A stretch of DNA of 64,000 nt. It comes from Candidatus Latescibacterota bacterium. GTDB taxonomy: Bacteria > Latescibacterota > UBA2968 > GCA-2709665. Both the position numbers and the translations under genes were made by a program. This document shows, in pieces, positions 59,393 to 64,000 of the stretch (positions within the stretch are counted from its first letter, which is position 1; every line of letters starts with the position of its first letter). The DNA lies in assembly GCA_965203805.1 (NCBI GenBank), contig OZ241917.1:448001-512000 (forward strand), read 5' to 3'. The notes under the pieces were generated by a model. It was not told where the DNA came from. It made no database searches and was given only the letters and a program-made list of their open reading frames with translations.

Positions 59393-61426
59393 TCAGAGCT
59401 TGAGATAGCCGACGGCCTGAGGTTCGGAGACAACGGCATCTCCACGAACGACGAGTCGGGAGCCCCCAGCCACGCGGCAGGCATCGACGGTGTCATCCGC
59501 AATGCGGACGTGGGCGAATTCGGCGTCGGTTTCGATGTCCCCAAACGTAAACGCGTTGCCCGGCGCGGCGGTAATGACCGTGTCTGTCGCGGTATCGCCC
59601 CGGATGCGGATGGCGCATCCGGACGCGTCTCCGGCCGCGTCGATTTCGGGGGGAGACGAGCCGCTGCGGTACGGGACAAGCGCGACAACGCAGAACAGCG
59701 GGTTCCAGAACCAGTCGTAGCGTAACCGGGGATGGTCGTGAAAGACATCCTCCTTCCAGCGTCCGGGCCACGGGGTCGCGATCCGGACCTCGCACCGGTT
59801 TCCGTGTCTTCCGCCCACGATCGTGAAGTGGTCCCGGCCCGGTTCGATCCGGTTTTCCGCGGCCGTGTGCAGCAGCCACGACAGGATCGGCCGGTCCGGC
59901 ATCTCGAAATCCAGACGGTCGACGACGATCAGCGCGGCGGGCGCGCCGCGCACATCCGGCAGGCAAAGCGCCCGTCGGACGAACCGCTGAGCGCAGCCGT
60001 AGCTGTCGCCCCCTTCGCCCTCCACGTAGGGGAACGGGCCGTGGAGATCCGCGCGGACGATGCCGTCGTTTCGCGCGGGGCCGCGTCGCTGCATTTCGCC
60101 CATCACCAGGGGCAGATTGTGGGCCTCGCCAAGGGCGCCCAGGCGAAGGACTTCGGTGGTGTCCGGGAGCCTCTCGAGCGCGTAACCGGAATCGCAGGCA
60201 AAGGTCTCTCCGAGGGCGTGCAGCGCAAACTGGTTGCGGTCGGCCTGCCGGTGCCCTCCCGCCGGGAACACGTCACACAGAAACGAAAGAAAGAAATCGT
60301 CAGATTGCCATCCCGACCGGACGTCCACGAGCCCGCGGTTGCGGAAGTGTTTCGCGGCCGGCAGATTCAGGCCGTCGGGGGGAACGGGCGCCACGGACGG
60401 GTCGACATACAGGAGGTACCGGTTGACCGTATCGCTCCAGAAGTTGTCCGGCGGCCGCCAGTATCCGCCGTCGCGCGGCGGTTTGTCGATGCTTTTCCAG
60501 AGCCACTGGGCGAGCCCGTTGTTCTGCTGTGCGGCCGCGAGGGACAGCCACTCGACGTGAAACTGGTCGCCGCAGTCGTTGAGCGGATTGGGCCGTCCCG
60601 TGGCCGGTATGAGTTCGTACGCCAGACCCTCCGCGATCCTCGCCCATCCGCCGTGGTCCACGAGGTCCCTGTCTCCGCAGACGGCCAGCGCCAGCGCGAA
60701 CGGTGCGAGAAACTGCAACGTGGCGCTGCCGTACGCGGGGCCCTCGTAGAAGGCGCCCTGGCCGTCGTGTCCCTTTTCGAGAAAGAGCAGGCACCGCTTC
60801 TTGCCGGCCTCGAGTGCCCGGTTGAAACGGAATTCGTCCAGTACGCCGTAATTCCGCAATACCATTCCGAGAAGGCCCAGACCGATGAGTCCGATCGCGG
60901 CCATGTTCCAGTCGGGCCGGGTCTCCTCCGGGTCCGGTGGATTCTCGAGCAGGTAGTCGATAAAGGGCAGACAATAGGCCCCGATTTCACGGTGTTCCGC
61001 GTCGGTCAGCTCGCTTTTCAGAAGGTCCATGCCGATGGCGAGCATGGTGGAACTGGCGCCGGCATCCAGACAATTGTCCCGCCACGTCCGGTACGGCCGA
61101 CCGTAGTTGGTGCCGCCGCAGTTTTCGACGATACGGTGTTTCACGATGGTCCGGAGGATGTCGCACGCGGCGGCCGTGTACTTCCTGTCCAGCAGAATTC
61201 CGCCAACGGCGAGGTTTTCAATCGACTTGGGAAGCAGGCGGCTGCCGGGCCGGGTAGACCAGAAGTCAGAGCGGCGTTCCGCATGATCAATACATCCCGG
61301 CGATTCGGGATTGATGTGGTCTTCGCAGGTCTGGCGGAGGTTTCGTTTCAACGAGCGGACGACGGGGCTCGCGTCAACGCGGCGGTTCTCCAGGATGGGC
61401 CGAAACAATGATTCCGGTATATTCAT
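59393..61426 (-). CDS. Heparinase II/III-like lyase family protein
   Basis: GAFYEGPAY, RSGW, GHRQAD.N.F, DSGY, AHN. Confidence 0.75.
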   Translation of the reverse strand: MNIPESLFRPILENRRVDASPVVRSLKRNLRQTCEDHINPESPGCIDHAERRSDFWSTRPGSRLLPKSIENLAVGGILLDRKYTAAACDILRTIVKHRIVENCGGTNYGRPYRTWRDNCLDAGASSTMLAIGMDLLKSELTDAEHREIGAYCLPFIDYLLENPPDPEETRPDWNMAAIGLIGLGLLGMVLRNYGVLDEFRFNRALEAGKKRCLLFLEKGHDGQGAFYEGPAYGSATLQFLAPFALALAVCGDRDLVDHGGWARIAEGLAYELIPATGRPNPLNDCGDQFHVEWLSLAAAQQNNGLAQWLWKSIDKPPRDGGYWRPPDNFWSDTVNRYLLYVDPSVAPVPPDGLNLPAAKHFRNRGLVDVRSGWQSDDFFLSFLCDVFPAGGHRQADRNQFALHALGETFACDSGYALERLPDTTEVLRLGALGEAHNLPLVMGEMQRRGPARNDGIVRADLHGPFPYVEGEGGDSYGCAQRFVRRALCLPDVRGAPAALIVVDRLDFEMPDRPILSWLLHTAAENRIEPGRDHFTIVGGRHGNRCEVRIATPWPGRWKEDVFHDHPRLRYDWFWNPLFCVVALVPYRSGSSPPEIDAAGDASGCAIRIRGDTATDTVITAAPGNAFTFGDIETDAEFAHVRIADDTVDACRVAGGSRLVVRGDAVVSEPQAVGYLKL

Positions 61427-61472
61427 AGCTGTTTCTTCCAGCGTTCGGAACGCCGTTATTCAGGCGCCGGGA

Positions 61473-62237
61473 TCAGGTCCCTTCCAGTCCGGGCGGCATG
61501 AAGATTTCCCTTCGCCTGCCGTCGCTGTACCCTTCCACGTCGCTGAGGACCACCCCCGGGCTGGCAAGCGCCGCCCTGACGATCTGGCGGTTGAAGGTAT
61601 GTACGTAGTCCGACGACAGGTATTCTTCAACGGGCATCCAGAGACACTCTTCGATTTCTTCGGGTTGAAGGACAATGTCATACGTGAGCGGCTTGAGGCG
61701 GCAGACGAAGTAAATGTCGGACTTGTCGTGGCGGTAGCCGTGCCAGTGGCGGAAACACACCATGGCTTCGAATGTCGTCCGGACACCGGTCTCTTCAAGT
61801 ATTTCACGGACGACGGCCTCGGCCAGGTGTTCGCCCGGATGCAGCGCACCCCCGGGCAGCTTGTAGTATGGCCTGCTGCTCCCGCGGTGTTTTTCGCAGA
61901 CGACCAGGACCTCGTCGTCTTTGCTGATGACCACCCCACCCGCGCCTATATAGTGTGTGGCGAAACCGGGGATGAACGCGTCCTCGACCAGTGGACGGGT
62001 CAACATGAGATAGGTCTCGCCGCTGTGGTGAAACGAGAAACCCGCCTGCACCGCGACGGGAATGAACTCCGATTTGATTATGGGAACCTCCAGCCACACA
62101 AGCTGGCGACCTCTCTTCTTCCAGATTTCCAGGGACATCGAGAGGCGATGGCTGAACGTCTCCCTGGCCGAGGGAAGGCTTTCAGGGTTGATGACAATGC
62201 CGTTGAAGGCATTGGTGGTATGTTCGAGGACTTCCAT
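61473..62237 (-). CDS. Nudix hydrolase (NUDT6/plant-like)
   Basis: GFSFHH, PGGALHPGEHLAEAVVREILEETG Nudix box, KSDIYF. Confidence 0.92.
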   Translation of the reverse strand: MEVLEHTTNAFNGIVINPESLPSARETFSHRLSMSLEIWKKRGRQLVWLEVPIIKSEFIPVAVQAGFSFHHSGETYLMLTRPLVEDAFIPGFATHYIGAGGVVISKDDEVLVVCEKHRGSSRPYYKLPGGALHPGEHLAEAVVREILEETGVRTTFEAMVCFRHWHGYRHDKSDIYFVCRLKPLTYDIVLQPEEIEECLWMPVEEYLSSDYVHTFNRQIVRAALASPGVVLSDVEGYSDGRRREIFMPPGLEGT

Positions 62238-62452
62238 CGTAGGGATTCCCCGGATCCTTGCCGGCGCGGTTGGTGGCGACCTGAATGTAAACAGCCCGTC
62301 GCCGGTTTACAAGTGGTTTTGATACGGAAGGGTTTTGGCTTGACAGGGTGCGGACCTCGATTGATATTGACGGGCCTTTCGGCTTGGGGAAGCGGGACTG
62401 CGTTCGCATTTTCGCGATTGGGTTTGCCGGATCAGCCTCCAGGAGGTGGTGG

Positions 62453-63652
62453 ATGAGCAGCGTCTATGAACGCCTGGGAATTCGTACCATCATCAATGCG
62501 TCCGGGCCGTCCACCCGATTGAGCGGGTCGATCCTCCCCGCACAGGTGGCGAAGGCCATGGCGGACGCTTCTCAGCACTGCGTGGATATCGCGGAACTGC
62601 AGGCCTGGGCGGGCCGGGCGATTGCCGACGTCACGGGCGCCGAGTCCGGATACGTCACGTCAGGCGCCGCGGCGGGCATCATGCTGGGCGTGGCGGCGTG
62701 CGTGACCGGGCTGGATCCGGGCAGGATGAACCGGCTGCCGGATACCGGGGGCATGAAGGACGAGGTGATCATTCCGCGAAGCCACCGGAATTTTTATGAC
62801 CACGCCATCCGGGCCGTGGGCGTGAAGCTCGTCGAGGTGGGGATTTCCGACCGTTATAGCGGCGCGGGGGTACGGGATACGGAGGCCTGGGAGATCGCCG
62901 ACGCGATTACCGACCGGACCGCCGCGGTCGCGTACGTGATGAACGCACGGGCGCGCCCGGACCTGGCGGACGTCGTGAAAGCAGCCCACGACCGGGGTGT
63001 GCCGGTCGTGGTGGACGCCGCCGGACAGCTTCCGCCGCAGTCGAACCTCCAGCGCTTCGTCGAAGCCGGGGCGGACGTGGTCTGTTTCAGCGGTGGAAAG
63101 ACCATCCGCGGGCCGCAGAGTTCGGGAATTCTATGCGGCCGGAAAGACCTGGTGTCGGCTGTCGCCCTGCAGCACCTGGACCAGGACGTTTATTACGACC
63201 TCTGGAATCCGCCGCCGTCGCTGATCGATAAGAACCGCCTGCCGGGCGCGCCCCAGCACGGACTCGGACGACCCTGCAAGGTGGGCAAGGAGGAGATCGT
63301 GGGGCTCATAACGGCGCTCAGGCTGTTCGTCGCCGAGGGCGACGAGGCGCGCCATGCCCGGTGGTCGGCTGTAATTCAGAGCCTCGCGCATGCACTCGAA
63401 ACATTGCCGAATGTACGGGTAACCGCGACGATCGATTCCGGCCGGCCGGTGCCCGGCTTGCGCCTTGAGATCGACGAAGCGGCGGCAGGCATTTCGGGCC
63501 TGGAACTTGCGCGGCGGCTTATCGAGGGCGAGCCGGGCATTCATTGCAATACGGCCGAAGTGTACGAAGGTGTATTGGGGTTCGGTCCCATGTGTCTGAA
63601 GGAAGGCGACGTCGAGGCCATCGGAAAGAGACTCGCAGAATTGCTGGCTTGA
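62453..63652 (+). CDS. SelA-like/DgaE-family PLP-dependent enzyme
   Basis: IINASG, VTSGAAA, VDAAG, FSGGK..RGPQSSG, KVGKEEI. Confidence 0.85.
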   Translation: MSSVYERLGIRTIINASGPSTRLSGSILPAQVAKAMADASQHCVDIAELQAWAGRAIADVTGAESGYVTSGAAAGIMLGVAACVTGLDPGRMNRLPDTGGMKDEVIIPRSHRNFYDHAIRAVGVKLVEVGISDRYSGAGVRDTEAWEIADAITDRTAAVAYVMNARARPDLADVVKAAHDRGVPVVVDAAGQLPPQSNLQRFVEAGADVVCFSGGKTIRGPQSSGILCGRKDLVSAVALQHLDQDVYYDLWNPPPSLIDKNRLPGAPQHGLGRPCKVGKEEIVGLITALRLFVAEGDEARHARWSAVIQSLAHALETLPNVRVTATIDSGRPVPGLRLEIDEAAAGISGLELARRLIEGEPGIHCNTAEVYEGVLGFGPMCLKEGDVEAIGKRLAELLA

Positions 63653-63756
63653 TCGGGGACAGGCGTGGATCGGATGCGGATTCAAACACCGCCGCGCACA
63701 CTGAACAGGCGATGGGGCACGTTGGTGGAGACAGACCAATTTCGGGAGACTCAGTG

Positions 63757-64000
63757 ATGAACGTGGATTGGGATGCAGCGGGCCGGGAGGCGGTGGGCTG
63801 GTTGTGCAGGCTGCTTGGATTTGACACCACGAATCCGCCGGGAAATGAACTGCCCCTTGTGCGGGACATTGCCGGAGCGCTGGCCGGAGAGGGGCTGAAG
63901 CCCCGCGTACTGGAATCGGCGCCGGGTCGGGGGAACCTGGTCGTGCGTCTCGAGGGCGACGGATCCGAACGCCCGCTGTTGCTGCTCTCGCATATCGACG
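63757..64000 (+). CDS. M20/M25/M40 metallohydrolase, runs off window
   Basis: FDTTNPPGNE...APGRGNLVVRL...PLLLLSHID, read directly from the sequence. Confidence 0.88.
   Translation, partial: MNVDWDAAGREAVGWLCRLLGFDTTNPPGNELPLVRDIAGALAGEGLKPRVLESAPGRGNLVVRLEGDGSERPLLLLSHID

Noticed and set aside
57943-63652. Selenium/selenocysteine locus (SBP56 plus SelA-like)
   Set aside because: No selB, selC or selD and no in-frame TGA seen; the PLP enzyme looks like the DgaE/SelA-like class and the genes are on opposite strands

Overview
Bacterial chromosome segment with a GC-rich backbone of metabolic genes: Gfo/Idh/MocA oxidoreductases, PhyH dioxygenases, dapL, an NHL/outer-membrane/BamA-type cluster, a MaoC-CitE-CaiB operon, SBP56, a heparinase-like lyase, Nudix, a SelA-like enzyme and an M20 peptidase. 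Two accessory regions interrupt it. (1) 1-14.9 kb is a defence-type mosaic: QueC-nuclease fusion, RecQ-PRTase/DprA pair, type III Res fragment plus VapC, PD-(D/E)XK and HEPN-like ORFs, IS630 and an IS3 remnant. It is built as tandem units that end in a copy of the 3' end of the same oxidoreductase gene (copies at ~4.83, 10.04 and 10.65 kb; intact gene at 14.98 kb), with recQ-3'/dprA present three times and no integrase in view. (2) 23.4-33.7 kb is an island that replaces the middle of a tldD/tldE-like gene pair. It carries a MITE, an internally deleted IS256, IS1595 and IS21 remnants, radC, AT-rich ORFs including a frameshifted M15 peptidase with putative immunity genes, and two hand-folded rod-shaped RNA candidates whose mismatches are G-U wobbles, one directly behind a sigma70-like promoter. 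Several REP/MITE-like repeat families punctuate the backbone. No CRISPR array, rRNA or tRNA was seen. All calls come from motif reading and by-eye alignment; no database searches or folding programs were run.
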